DNA from: an uncultured Clostridia bacterium
GTDB taxonomy: Bacteria; Bacillota; Clostridia; Oscillospirales; Acutalibacteraceae
Length of the DNA: 54,085 bases
Assembly (NCBI GenBank): GCA_946627725.1
Contig: CAMOVW010000001.1
Span: 1 to 54,085 of the forward strand
Reading direction: 5' to 3'
How positions within the stretch are numbered: the stretch's first letter is position 1; every line of letters begins with the position of its first letter. The notes beneath the pieces were generated by a model. It was not told the origin of the DNA. It searched no databases and saw only the letters and a program-made list of their open reading frames with translations. Position numbers and translations under genes: made by a program. Below, one piece after another: positions 1 through 8,164 of this stretch.

Positions 1-55
1 CCCGCCGGTTACGGGCCGAAACGATCCCGCCGGGATCGTCGCGGAAAACCGCAAC
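1..55. repeat. 55-nt terminal direct repeat, identical to 54031..54085 (circular-contig style overlap)
   Basis: Read directly: nt 1-55 (cccgccggttacgggcc...gcggaaaaccgcaac) recur exactly at 54031-54085. Joining the ends recreates the gene-element-gene layout seen at 2231-2347 and 53294-53413. Confidence 0.85.
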
Positions 56-87
56 ACCACGAAATCATTTTGAAGGAGGCCAACACC

Positions 88-987
88 ATGAAATACACCG
101 AGAAAACCGCCGCCGCCGTGCTCAATTCCCTGCTCCGCGCCGCGCGGAAAACGCCCCGCGAAAGCCTGCACGACGCCTGGACGGATGAACAAGGCCGGAC
201 TTGCGCAATGGATGGATACCGCGCCTATTGTCTGAACGCCGCCCCCGCCGGGATGAAAGCAACTTGGACGAGCCGCCCCGATCCGGCCCGCGCTGCCGCC
301 CGCGCCGCTGATAATAATAAAATCCTGGCCCACGTTTTCAACGCCCTGGACGCCGGAAAAACGGTTGAAATGCCAGCCCCGGACGCGGACGCCGTGAAAT
401 CATTCATGGCCGCCGACAAGGAGCAGGGCGGGCGCGGGGTATATGACCTTGGAAAAGACTTTCCCGCCGTGAACGTCAAGTATTTGTGGGATATAATCAG
501 GCTTTTCCCGGTTGCGAAATGGTATGTTCTGGCCGATCCTTACGCCCGCATGGTTAGCCCCGTTTTCATCGTCGCCGACGAGGGCCGCGCCTGCCTGCTG
601 CCGATCCGGCAGGATAACAAGCCCTGGAAAGCCCCGGAAGCGCCCGCCCCGGCCCCTGCCGAAAAGCCCGCCGCCGATGAACGCCCCGAAAACATTCCCG
701 CCGATGAAAACCCCTGGAAGTGTGACTATTTTGTGTACTCCCGCCCCACCGGCGAAAAGCGTTTCCTGTTGACAAATCTCCGCGAGGGCACCGTGGGCAT
801 GAAAAAGTTTTACGCCCCGATGTACAAGGAAAAGCACCTGGAGCAAATCAAGGAAATGCTTGACCTTGCCGCCGCTGAAAACCCCGGCGCGGTTTTCCAG
901 CTCCGCAAGCTGGACGGGAAAAAGGTTGTATATACCGCCGTCCCGACGGTTACGCCGGAAATGTTCGCCGCAATGATCGCCGCTTGA
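88..987 (+). CDS. early protein with sliding-clamp (DnaN)-like N-terminal region; function unknown
   Basis: ORF 70..987 trimmed to ATG 88 behind GGAGGCCAACACC. Clamp-like strings AMDGYRAY, FPAVNVKYLWDII and ACLLPIR, then a Pro/Ala linker (ERPENIP) and a C-terminal domain. Confidence 0.65.
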   Translation: MKYTEKTAAAVLNSLLRAARKTPRESLHDAWTDEQGRTCAMDGYRAYCLNAAPAGMKATWTSRPDPARAAARAADNNKILAHVFNALDAGKTVEMPAPDADAVKSFMAADKEQGGRGVYDLGKDFPAVNVKYLWDIIRLFPVAKWYVLADPYARMVSPVFIVADEGRACLLPIRQDNKPWKAPEAPAPAPAEKPAADERPENIPADENPWKCDYFVYSRPTGEKRFLLTNLREGTVGMKKFYAPMYKEKHLEQIKEMLDLAAAENPGAVFQLRKLDGKKVVYTAVPTVTPEMFAAMIAA

Positions 988-1040
988 TTATTCCATCCGC
1001 CCGCCCGTGGGCATTGTACGCGGGCAAGGAGGCCGCCCCG

Positions 1041-1457
1041 ATGAAGTATTATTATTTATATATCCCCGCTTTGGTTTTCTTCCTGCTGCCCCTGCTCAAC
1101 GGCCTGCGTGCTTCCGTCGCGGCCCGCGCCGCTGCCCGCGAGAAGGAAGCGAAGCGCGCCGCCGCTGCCGCTGCGAAGGAGGCCGCCGAGCAGGAGAAGA
1201 AAGCCCGCCAGGAGGCCCGCGCCGCCGCTGCCACCGATCCGGCCCAGGAGCCGAAGCGCAAGCGCGGACGCCCGCGCAAGAATCCCCCGCCGGAGCAACG
1301 CCCCGAAATCATTTTGCCAGAGGAAGCGCCCGCCCCCGTCCAGGAGGAGCCGCCCGCCGTCCAGATTATGACGATCCAGCGCGCAAGCATTTTCCCGAAT
1401 GTTGACAAGATGGAGCCGCCCTGCACCCCGGAAGAATTTGCGAAAAAATTTTGCTGA
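1041..1457 (+). CDS. membrane-anchored Ala/Lys-rich protein with AT-hook-like KRKRGRPRKNP
   Basis: ORF 984..1457 trimmed to ATG 1041 behind GGAGG. N-terminal hydrophobic helix YLYIPALVFFLLPLL, a charged coiled region and the linker QRPEIILPEE. Confidence 0.6.
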   Translation: MKYYYLYIPALVFFLLPLLNGLRASVAARAAAREKEAKRAAAAAAKEAAEQEKKARQEARAAAATDPAQEPKRKRGRPRKNPPPEQRPEIILPEEAPAPVQEEPPAVQIMTIQRASIFPNVDKMEPPCTPEEFAKKFC

Positions 1458-1477
1458 AAAAAATTTGCGAAAAGGGG

Positions 1478-1530
1478 TTGACAAACGGGGTACACCGTGT
1501 TACAATCCCAAACGTGGACGGGGTACACCG
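1478..1530 (+). promoter_or_regulatory. early promoter P1 with two direct ACGGGGTACACCG repeats
   Basis: TTGACA 1478-1483, 17-nt spacer, TACAAT 1501-1506. The 13-mer occurs at 1485-1497 and 1518-1530. Phased A-tracts lie upstream (1440-1475). Confidence 0.75.
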
Positions 1531-1570
1531 AACACAACGCCGCAAAAACATTTTGAAGGAGGCCAACACC

Positions 1571-2233
1571 ATGAAAACCACCATCAACGCCATGTGCCCC
1601 GATTGCACCCGGTTCGGGAAGGATTGCCAGGGGACGAGCTGCCAGACCTGGACGGGCTGCATTTACAAGCAGCGCGCCGACGCCGACAAGACGATCTGCA
1701 AGCCGAAGCTGATTTATCAGCCGGACGCGCCCGAAGATGCCCGCTACAATGTCCAGCTGTGGCACAGCTACGACGGCGGCAAGACCTTCTATTATGCCGG
1801 TTATGGTCGCTTCTTCAAGGACTTCTACGAGGCGGAAGCGTGGCGGAAGCAGCAGCGTAAAAACCTGTCCTACGATCTCATGTTTGGCTGCCTGGGCAAC
1901 GGGACAACGGTTTGCAACATGGCCCGCGAGGAGCACGGCGACTATCCCACCATTGCCCACATTGACGATTGCGGCGCGGTTCGCTGGTACGTCGATGCAA
2001 AGAAGCTCCCGCCCTACGTCCTGGAGGACGTAAACGCCGCCGCGCTGCGGGATATGGCGGAGTTCAAGGAAAAGTTTTTGAAGCTCACCCCGCTGGAAGC
2101 CCTGCGCGCCGTGTATGATACTTTCCCCATGAACACGATCCGGAACGACATAAGCAAAGAGACTGTCCCGGCGCTGTATGAAATCTATACCGAGTTCATG
2201 GCCCAGCATGGCTACATGATGCCGGAACAGTAA
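1571..2233 (+). CDS. hypothetical early protein (Cys-rich N-terminus)
   Basis: ORF 1451..2233 trimmed to ATG 1571 behind GGAGGCCAACACC. Balanced amino-acid composition. Confidence 0.7.
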   Translation: MKTTINAMCPDCTRFGKDCQGTSCQTWTGCIYKQRADADKTICKPKLIYQPDAPEDARYNVQLWHSYDGGKTFYYAGYGRFFKDFYEAEAWRKQQRKNLSYDLMFGCLGNGTTVCNMAREEHGDYPTIAHIDDCGAVRWYVDAKKLPPYVLEDVNAAALRDMAEFKEKFLKLTPLEALRAVYDTFPMNTIRNDISKETVPALYEIYTEFMAQHGYMMPEQ

Positions 2234-2347
2234 CGCCGCAAAATCATTCCGCCCGATGATGGCCCGCCGGTTACGGGCCGAAACGATCCTGCCGGGGTCG
2301 TCGCGGAAAACCAACGCCGCAAGATTATTTTCAAGGAGGCCAACACC
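2231..2347 (+). repeat. long-form intergenic element, copy B (two hairpins 2261-2279 and 2283-2301)
   Basis: Shares AACGCCGCAAAATCATTCCGCCCGATGATGGCCCGCCGGTTACGGGCCGAAACGATCC...GCGGAAAACC...AAGGAGGCCAACACCATG with the copies at 53294 and 54003/1. Confidence 0.8.
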
Positions 2348-2827
2348 ATGACCGTCAACAAAACCCGCTATTCCAGCTATAACTACAAGCGCCTTGCGCC
2401 CTTCCTGGATGCCGTGCGCGAGCTGCCGGAACAGTCCTTCACCTTCACCCGCGAGGGCTACGAGCCGCTTTCCATCGAGAACCTGGAATACACCTTCAAG
2501 GGCTACCCCGTTTGGGGCATGATGCACACCTACGACATGAACGGCGATACCATGCGCGACCCGGACATGACCTTCCTTGTGGACTTCTCAACCGGCAATA
2601 TCATCCCGCACACCTTCCAGCAGGATAATTGCCCCTTCACGAAGTATGGCACCCTGTATCAGGAGGTTTGGGAGGACGAAGGACATTGGCGGCCCAGCCT
2701 GCGCGCCCAGCTCGACCGCTTCTTGAAAGACTGGATCACCAACATTCTGGATCAAGGCTTCAAGCCGGAGCAGGCCGCGGAAAACGAAGTCACCCCGGAA
2801 CAGTTTGCCGAAGCTGTCACCGAATAA
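2348..2827 (+). CDS. hypothetical early protein
   Basis: ATG behind the conserved GGAGGCCAACACC. 159 aa with ordinary composition (YDMNGDTMRDPDMTF motif). Confidence 0.7.
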   Translation: MTVNKTRYSSYNYKRLAPFLDAVRELPEQSFTFTREGYEPLSIENLEYTFKGYPVWGMMHTYDMNGDTMRDPDMTFLVDFSTGNIIPHTFQQDNCPFTKYGTLYQEVWEDEGHWRPSLRAQLDRFLKDWITNILDQGFKPEQAAENEVTPEQFAEAVTE

Positions 2828-2860
2828 CGCCGCGAAATCATTTTGAAAGGAGCTTTGACA

Positions 2861-3238
2861 ATGGCTTATGATAATATCCGCCGCCTGCTGAAAGACGGCT
2901 ACCCCTGGAAGATTAAGGGCAACGGAGGATATACCGCCTATCTGGTAGACATTCAGCCCCTTGTCGATCATGACTACGAAGCGATTTACCGTTATCCCGG
3001 CGGGGATTGCTGCCATGACCTGGAATCCATCAAGTCGTATTTTACCATTCTTGAGCAGTTCCCGCCGGAAGATGAAGAACAGCCGCGCCCTGTCAAATAT
3101 GGCCCGTATCTCATTGTCTGGCTTGACAGATATGATTGCTGGTGTATTTATGACGACGGCGGAAACAAAGTCCGCGAGCCGCATTGGGCGACCATCGAGG
3201 AGGCCAGGGCTGCCATCATTTCCCGCGAAGCGCTGTAA
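2861..3238 (+). CDS. hypothetical early protein
   Basis: ORF 2843..3238 trimmed to ATG 2861. The conserved leader AACGCCGCGAAATCATTTTGAAAGGAG lies upstream. Confidence 0.65.
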   Translation: MAYDNIRRLLKDGYPWKIKGNGGYTAYLVDIQPLVDHDYEAIYRYPGGDCCHDLESIKSYFTILEQFPPEDEEQPRPVKYGPYLIVWLDRYDCWCIYDDGGNKVREPHWATIEEARAAIISREAL

Positions 3239-3289
3239 TCAATAATTAGCCCGCCCGTGGGCATATACGCGGGCAGAAGGAGGTACACC

Positions 3290-3553
3290 ATGATTTTTCA
3301 CATTACGCCGAACATCTGCGAAACTGCCCTTGTCGTCGATGAATTGCCGGAAATCGGCAAACCGTTCTGCTGCGGCCCGTATATCGCCGCCCGCGTCCTG
3401 TCCTTGGAGCCGTGCCCGTACACTTGCCCGCAAGACGAGCACCAGGAAGCCCTGCAATATGCTGTGTGGCGTGTCAACTATGAACCCGTTTCCGACCCGC
3501 ACGATGATTATTTCTACGTCGCCATTCATGAGCCAGAATCCGAAACCATATAA
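3290..3553 (+). CDS. hypothetical early protein
   Basis: ORF 3257..3553 trimmed to ATG 3290 behind GAAGGAGGTACACC. Confidence 0.6.
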   Translation: MIFHITPNICETALVVDELPEIGKPFCCGPYIAARVLSLEPCPYTCPQDEHQEALQYAVWRVNYEPVSDPHDDYFYVAIHEPESETI

Positions 3554-3586
3554 CGCCGCGAAATCATTTTGAAAGGAGCCAACACC

Positions 3587-3790
3587 ATGAAAGCCAACAC
3601 CACCATTGCGAAGATTGCCCATTCCATCCGCCGCTTCTTTGTCGGCGAAGCGTACACCGTCGCCGCGTGCCTGCCCGGTTACGGCACGTTCACCTGCACC
3701 ATCAAGGCCCCGAACCGGCAGCGCGCCATGCAGGAAGCGGAAGCGATGGCCGATCCCGGTTTTGTCCTGTCCTGCGAGCTGGCCGCATGA
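3587..3790 (+). CDS. hypothetical small early protein
   Basis: ORF 3569..3790 trimmed to ATG 3587 behind the conserved leader and GGAGCCAACACC. Confidence 0.55.
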   Translation: MKANTTIAKIAHSIRRFFVGEAYTVAACLPGYGTFTCTIKAPNRQRAMQEAEAMADPGFVLSCELAA

Positions 3791-3807
3791 TCCCGTCGGG
3801 CCGCGCG

Positions 3808-3836
3808 TTGACAAACGGGGTACACTAATTTATAAT
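3808..3836 (+). promoter_or_regulatory. early promoter P2 (one ACGGGGTACAC copy in the spacer)
   Basis: TTGACA 3808-3813, 17-nt spacer AACGGGGTACACTAATT, TATAAT 3831-3836. Confidence 0.75.
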
Positions 3837-3862
3837 ATAGGCATCGAAAGGAGGCCGACACC

Positions 3863-4069
3863 ATGCCGAGAGGAAACACACCCGAACAGCGACGCGCAAA
3901 GAATATTCTTGGCGAGAAGTGGGACAAGGAAAACACCCGTCAAGTCAAGTTCAAGTTCAACATCCGCACCGATGCGGACATTATCGCCCATCTGGAAGCC
4001 CAGCAGAACATCCAGGGCTATGTGAAGCGCCTGATCCGGGACGACATCGCCCGCAGCAGCAAAGGATAA
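3863..4069 (+). CDS. small basic protein, possible ribbon-helix-helix type DNA binder
   Basis: First gene after P2. 68 aa, basic N-terminus followed by helices (VKFKFNIRTDADIIAHLEAQQNIQGYVKRLIRDDI). The fold call is inference only. Confidence 0.5.
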   Translation: MPRGNTPEQRRAKNILGEKWDKENTRQVKFKFNIRTDADIIAHLEAQQNIQGYVKRLIRDDIARSSKG

Positions 4070-4088
4070 CAAGCAGGAGGCCAACACC

Positions 4089-4325
4089 ATGAGAGAGTAT
4101 TTTGTAAACGTGATCGCCGATGTCATTCCTGGGGATAGCCCCTATCAGCAGACAGTCGTTGCAGCGTACCACGTTCAAGCAGACGCCGAGAAGCACGCCG
4201 CCGATGTGGCAGTTGCAGAAATGATAAAGAGCAATCGCCCGATAGACACCATGACGATCAAGCAAAGCGCCGTTTATCCCGTTGATGAAATGCCGCTCCT
4301 GACGTACCATCCGGCGGAGCCGTAA
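4089..4325 (+). CDS. hypothetical small protein
   Basis: ATG behind GGAGGCCAACACC, 78 aa. Confidence 0.55.
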   Translation: MREYFVNVIADVIPGDSPYQQTVVAAYHVQADAEKHAADVAVAEMIKSNRPIDTMTIKQSAVYPVDEMPLLTYHPAEP

Positions 4326-4354
4326 GAAATCAGCTTGAAAGGGGCGACGTTACC

Positions 4355-4561
4355 GTGCTGAAAGGATTTTATATCATCCAGCGTTTCGATGGAGAAAAGT
4401 GGGTGGATTATTCTTGCCATTACTTCTTTTCACCGATAAGCAAGGTGTTAAGGCAATACAAGTATTTCAAGGAGAAACACCCAGCGGAACGGTTTCGGAT
4501 TGCGAAAGGTAAAGAGGACATAGGGGCTTTCTTCAACCACGCGACGCAAGGCCGCGACTAA
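4355..4561 (+). CDS. hypothetical small protein (lower-GC segment)
   Basis: GTG start behind GAAAGGGG. 68 aa. The local drop in GC suggests an acquired gene. Confidence 0.5.
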   Translation: MLKGFYIIQRFDGEKWVDYSCHYFFSPISKVLRQYKYFKEKHPAERFRIAKGKEDIGAFFNHATQGRD

Positions 4562-4578
4562 TCCGACCAAACCATTCT

Positions 4579-4617
4579 AACGTGCATCTTTCCCGAAAAG
4601 GTGCGCGTTATTTTTAT
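4579..4617 (+). terminator. intrinsic terminator closing the plus-strand early operon
   Basis: 13-bp stem AACGTGCATCTTT / AAAGGTGCGCGTT (two G-U pairs), 5-nt loop, then ATTTTTAT. Confidence 0.7.
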
Positions 4618-4792
4618 GCCCCCCAGGAGGCCCGCGCGCTCACTCCCGGCTTTGTCATAATAGGAGGTTGTGTTAAACGCATACGGAGGAAATCGCTTCC
4701 TATTTTATGCGCTAAAAAATAGGCCGGTTTTGGGTGTTGTGTTTTACCATGCCCCGATATGACAAACACAAGCCCCCACGGCCTGCAAATAG

Positions 4793-4827
4793 GCATAAAA
4801 AGAGCGCCCCCGGATCGCTCCGAGGGC
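4793..4827 (-). terminator. intrinsic terminator after the recombinase cassette
   Basis: Minus strand GCCCTCGG-AGCGAT-CCGGGGGC followed by GCTCTTTTTAT. Confidence 0.6.
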
Positions 4828-4833
4828 TGTTCT

Positions 4834-5055
4834 TTACTTCCTGCCTTGCTTCTGACTGTACTGTTTGATCGCCATAGCGCGCTTCATGCCGTGTGTGGCG
4901 GCCTCTTTCAGTGCCCTTTCCTCCGCTCGCTCCTTTCTCCGCCTCTCGCACCAGGCGGCAAACCGGGCGTATTTCTCGCAATCTGCGTGACACGTTGCCG
5001 ATCTTTCCGGGCAATCCTTTACGCATGGATTGTCTACCACGTCGCCCCTGTTCAT
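4834..5055 (-). CDS. small Cys-rich protein translationally coupled to the tyrosine recombinase
   Basis: ATG 5055 overlaps the recombinase stop as ATGA. 73 aa starting MNRGDVVDNPCVKDCPERSATCHADCEKY. The long ORF 4834..5241 is an upstream extension. Confidence 0.55.
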   Translation of the reverse strand: MNRGDVVDNPCVKDCPERSATCHADCEKYARFAAWCERRRKERAEERALKEAATHGMKRAMAIKQYSQKQGRK

Positions 5056-5660
5056 GCCCGCGCCCGCTTTCCCGTCAGCATGTTCAGCTTCATAAGGCTT
5101 TCGTCGATATTCTCCTGGATTACGCCGATGTAAACGAGCGTTTCCCGCTGGTAGCTGTGGCACAATATCCTTTGCAAGCTCACCACGTCGCCGGTCATTT
5201 TGTAATAGTGATAGCCGAAGGTCTTTCGCAGCGTATGGCACCCGATCCGTTCCTCCACGCCTGCCTCACGGGCTATGTGATTGATGATCTGATAGCACCG
5301 CTGCCGCGATATGGGCCGGTATTTGTGGGTAGCACTGTCCTTCTGGCGGCTCTGGAAGATATACTCGTCCGCCTTTCTTCCGGCCAGCAGGCGGTTGATC
5401 TCCCGCCGAGCCTGGGGGTTTATCAGTATGCGGGCTTCCTTCCCGGTTTTCTTGGCCTGTATCTGCGCGTAGTCCTTGCCCCTCAAATCCTGCACCTTGA
5501 ACCGCCGGAAGTCACTCACGCGCAGGCTGGTATTAAAGCCAATCAGCAAGATCAATTCCCAGCACACTTCCCCCATTTTCCTGTGCTTGTCGTGCTCCCG
5601 CGCAATGTCGTAACACTTTTGCAATACATCCAGGTCGCGGATGGGCTGTACAACCTTCAT
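5052..5660 (-). CDS. small tyrosine recombinase (phage-integrase family catalytic domain only, 202 aa)
   Basis: Strings LRVSDFRRF, CHTLRKTFG and LCHSYQRETLVYIG fit the R..HxxR..H..Y catalytic pattern. RBS GGAGTG. Confidence 0.85.
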   Translation of the reverse strand: MKVVQPIRDLDVLQKCYDIAREHDKHRKMGEVCWELILLIGFNTSLRVSDFRRFKVQDLRGKDYAQIQAKKTGKEARILINPQARREINRLLAGRKADEYIFQSRQKDSATHKYRPISRQRCYQIINHIAREAGVEERIGCHTLRKTFGYHYYKMTGDVVSLQRILCHSYQRETLVYIGVIQENIDESLMKLNMLTGKRARA

Positions 5661-5698
5661 GTGTTTTCACTCCATTCAATTATGACAAATATAAACGG

Positions 5699-5739
5699 TC
5701 AAAAAGAGAAAGCCCCGGCAAGGGCCGTTCCTGCCGGGG
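5699..5739 (-). terminator. intrinsic terminator ending the late/lysis operon
   Basis: Minus strand CCCCGGCA...TGCCGGGG stem followed by CTTTCTCTTTTT, directly after the stop at 5748. Confidence 0.6.
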
Positions 5740-5747
5740 CGCGTCTG

Positions 5748-6260
5748 TCATTCCTTGATAGGCTCCTCCGCCGTGTCGGGCGGTTCGTTCGTGCCTCCCT
5801 GGGTAATGACGCGGATGTAATCTTCTTTCGTCTTGCAGCCCTCCGCGTCGATCCCGTTGTCCTCGCAGAAAAGCGCGATGGTTTCCAGCGGCCAATCCTC
5901 CAGCGGGGCTATCACGTCGCCCTCAACCGGCGTAATGCCGCCGTCCGTGGCCTGCGAAATGGTGATCTCCCTCGTCTTATCGTGATTGAAGTATTCAGAT
6001 ACGGCGGCTTCGATCTCGTCCACGTCAACGTCGAATCCATTTTCCAGCAGCTTTTTGCGCACATATTCCAGCTTCTTGTGGCCCTCTCCGGCCCCGTAGA
6101 GCTGTTCCGCCGCAAAAACGAGCACCTTCACCATGGCGCGAAGGTTATTCTGCTGGCTTTCCGTGGTCTTGCTCCTGATCCACGGAATGAGCTTGTAGGT
6201 CACAAGCGCCGCAAGCAGCGCGATAATGGCCTGGAATACAGGTGTAAGGTCAATGTTCAT
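5748..6260 (-). CDS. holin-like membrane protein (LL-H holin type N-terminus)
   Basis: N-terminal TM helix FQAIIALLAALVTYKLIPW, then AEQLYGAGEGHKKLEYVRKKL as in LL-H-type holins. Acidic C-terminal tail. Confidence 0.6.
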   Translation of the reverse strand: MNIDLTPVFQAIIALLAALVTYKLIPWIRSKTTESQQNNLRAMVKVLVFAAEQLYGAGEGHKKLEYVRKKLLENGFDVDVDEIEAAVSEYFNHDKTREITISQATDGGITPVEGDVIAPLEDWPLETIALFCEDNGIDAEGCKTKEDYIRVITQGGTNEPPDTAEEPIKE

Positions 6261-6328
6261 GAACTGTCCTCCTCATCTTGATTTCCTGCGGCGCGGTTGC
6301 CTCCGTAGCCGGACGTGCCGCCGGTTGT

Positions 6329-6352
6329 AAAACCGCGAGCGCTCGCGGTTTT
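6329..6352. terminator. perfect palindrome AAAACCGCGAGC/GCTCGCGGTTTT (bidirectional hairpin)
   Basis: Read directly. Overlaps the stop of 6351..6680. The same GCGAGCGCTCGC core recurs at 22202 and 34542. Confidence 0.5.
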
Positions 6353-6680
6353 ACTGTCTGCCGATGTTCCCCTGCAAATAGTGCATGATGTCGTCACGCG
6401 CTTTTTGCATCTGCTCCCCGTTCCCGTTGTGCAGCTCATGATCCAGCAAGGCCATTATGCCAGAGCAGAGCACTTGATTGCTTTCCTGCAAGTTCTGAAT
6501 GGCCTTGTCGTGGGCGTCGAGCCGTGACTTATCGGCGGCGAGCTTCTTTGCTGTGTCGGTGCTGGGCGTCCGCCACTTCTTGAAGATGTCGATCACCTTA
6601 TCCACCGTGACGATTGCCGCGAATACGGCCAGCAGCACAACCACGGTGTTCATAAGCTGATCCGGCGTTACCTTGTCCAT
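6351..6680 (-). CDS. membrane-anchored lysis-cassette protein
   Basis: ATG 6680 behind GGGGGTG. TM helix TVVVLLAVFAAIVTV. Sits directly downstream of the endolysin. Confidence 0.6.
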   Translation of the reverse strand: MDKVTPDQLMNTVVVLLAVFAAIVTVDKVIDIFKKWRTPSTDTAKKLAADKSRLDAHDKAIQNLQESNQVLCSGIMALLDHELHNGNGEQMQKARDDIMHYLQGNIGRQ

Positions 6681-6685
6681 AGATT

Positions 6686-8161
6686 TCACCCCCTAACTTC
6701 CGCATACTTGCCGCTGATCCAGGCGACTTGCTTCTTGTACACCACCGCGTGCCAGCCGTTTTCTGCGGTCGCCACCCATTCCAGCATCGTACCCTTGGAA
6801 ACGGCGGTGATCCGGCTAAAGTTCGTGCCATTTCCTACGCGCACATTTACGCTGCTCGCAGTCACGACAACCGTCTTTCCCTTCGGTTCCTCGCCGGTTT
6901 CCGGCTTGTCGGGTTCGGGCTGGGTGGGTGTCGGCTGGATGGTGGTGCCTGCGGAATAGTTGGGGCGTCCGTACCCTGCGATACGGTTATAGTTGAGCTT
7001 GTATTTCTTCTTGGCGACGCCTCCGCCATTGGCGACAACGCCGCTCGCGGTGCTGGTGTTGCCCTCTACGGTGTACACATAGGAGTTATCCACCTTGTAC
7101 ACAAGGCCGGTGTGAGAAATGGCGCTGCCACCGATCCCGTCCGCCGGATAGAAGAAAATCTGGTCGCCGGGTTCCGGGCTTTCAAACAGTCTGCCCTTGG
7201 CCTTGTAATACTGGCGGCTGTATTTGCATCCGGCCCCGCAGCTTTTCGTCGGCTGGCACAGCAGCGCGCGCCCGTCGTCCACGCCGTAAGCCTGCACGAA
7301 GCACCAGTCCACAAACACGTCGCACCAGGCGACGCCCTGCTTCCTGCCGTTGTAGAATCCGGGAATGGCGTCCATGTCGCGGGCGTACTTGGTGTAGTTC
7401 TTCTTGCCCGCGTTCCCCGTCTTGCTGTCCAGGTCTTTGTTGCTGGCCTTTTCCAGATAGCCCTCCTCGGCTAAAGCGATGTCGATTACCTTCTGCCGGT
7501 CAAATCCCATGTTTCCCGCCTCCTCGTTTTCGTCGGTGTTGTCCTCGGTTTCCTCGGTGTCCTCCGCCTCCTGGGTGAACCATTCCAGAGGCTTGTCGCC
7601 GTAGAGCATATCCAAATCCACGTTGCCGCTGATCCCGTTTACGCGGCCCTTGCTGGTGTATTGCCAAAGGTCGCAGTAGTATTTCGGCGCGTAGGATTTC
7701 GCGGGCACGCTGCCGTCGTTCTTCCCCCAATGCGGAATCCACATGATGTCACAAATGGAGATTGCCTTTCCTGCCCATTTGTAGCGGGTGTTGATGTACA
7801 GGCCGATCTTTTCACAGCCCAGCTTTCGCAGCTCCTCCAGGAAAGCGACGCATACGGCCTCGGTAGTCGTCGCCGTCTGCGCGCTGTATTCGATGTCCGC
7901 GATGTAGAAAAGCGGCCTGCGCTTCGCCTTGTTCGCGCACTCCACGAAGAACCAGGCTTCTGTTCTGGCCGCCTCGGCGGTTCCGGCCTTGACGTAGTGA
8001 TACGCGCCGTATGGAATCCCGCAGGCTTCCGTGTATTCAAGATAGCGCTTGTCCGCGTTGCCGCCGACGCTGGCGCGGAAAATCGCCATCTCCAGATCGT
8101 CCCTTGCCTTGCTCCAGTCGATAGCCCCCTGATAATGGCTGATGTCTGCAATCTTTTTCAC
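6686..8161 (-). CDS. endolysin: GH25 muramidase + CHAP + SH3-like wall-binding domains
   Basis: N-terminus ADISHYQGAIDW (GH25). Middle AWCDVFVDWCF...ISHTGLVY (CHAP Cys/His). C-terminus VNVRVGNGTNFSRI...GWHAVVY (SH3-like). GTG start behind GGAGGA. Confidence 0.9.
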   Translation of the reverse strand: MKKIADISHYQGAIDWSKARDDLEMAIFRASVGGNADKRYLEYTEACGIPYGAYHYVKAGTAEAARTEAWFFVECANKAKRRPLFYIADIEYSAQTATTTEAVCVAFLEELRKLGCEKIGLYINTRYKWAGKAISICDIMWIPHWGKNDGSVPAKSYAPKYYCDLWQYTSKGRVNGISGNVDLDMLYGDKPLEWFTQEAEDTEETEDNTDENEEAGNMGFDRQKVIDIALAEEGYLEKASNKDLDSKTGNAGKKNYTKYARDMDAIPGFYNGRKQGVAWCDVFVDWCFVQAYGVDDGRALLCQPTKSCGAGCKYSRQYYKAKGRLFESPEPGDQIFFYPADGIGGSAISHTGLVYKVDNSYVYTVEGNTSTASGVVANGGGVAKKKYKLNYNRIAGYGRPNYSAGTTIQPTPTQPEPDKPETGEEPKGKTVVVTASSVNVRVGNGTNFSRITAVSKGTMLEWVATAENGWHAVVYKKQVAWISGKYAEVRG

Positions 8162-8164
8162 GCC

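Noticed and set aside
70-87. MKEANT-type N-terminal extensions on many plus-strand ORFs (70, 2843, 3569, 53048, 53396 and others)
   Set aside because: They arise from a TTG lying inside the conserved TTGAAGGAGGCCAACACC ribosome-binding leader. The ATG 18 nt downstream is correctly spaced from GGAGG.
2231-2347. Stop-codon read-through fusing genes across the long intergenic elements (also 53294..53413)
   Set aside because: Two of the three elements are in frame and stop-free. The third (54003 to 87 across the junction) is out of frame. Stop-free frames are expected in GC-rich sequence, and each downstream gene has its own strong RBS.
1052-2527. 491-aa minus-strand ORF (and nested 1056..1484, 1366..1662)
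   Set aside because: It is antisense to three well-supported plus-strand genes. It has Arg/Gly/Ala-rich composition and no ribosome site. Long open antisense frames are expected in GC-rich DNA.
4614-4796. 60-aa minus-strand ORF, and a possible 33-codon plus-strand ORF, in the convergent intergenic region
   Set aside because: There is no convincing RBS or composition. The region is better explained by terminators and the inverted repeat.
4893-6281. 462-aa plus-strand ORF
   Set aside because: It is antisense to the tyrosine recombinase and the holin-like gene, both of which have recognisable motifs.
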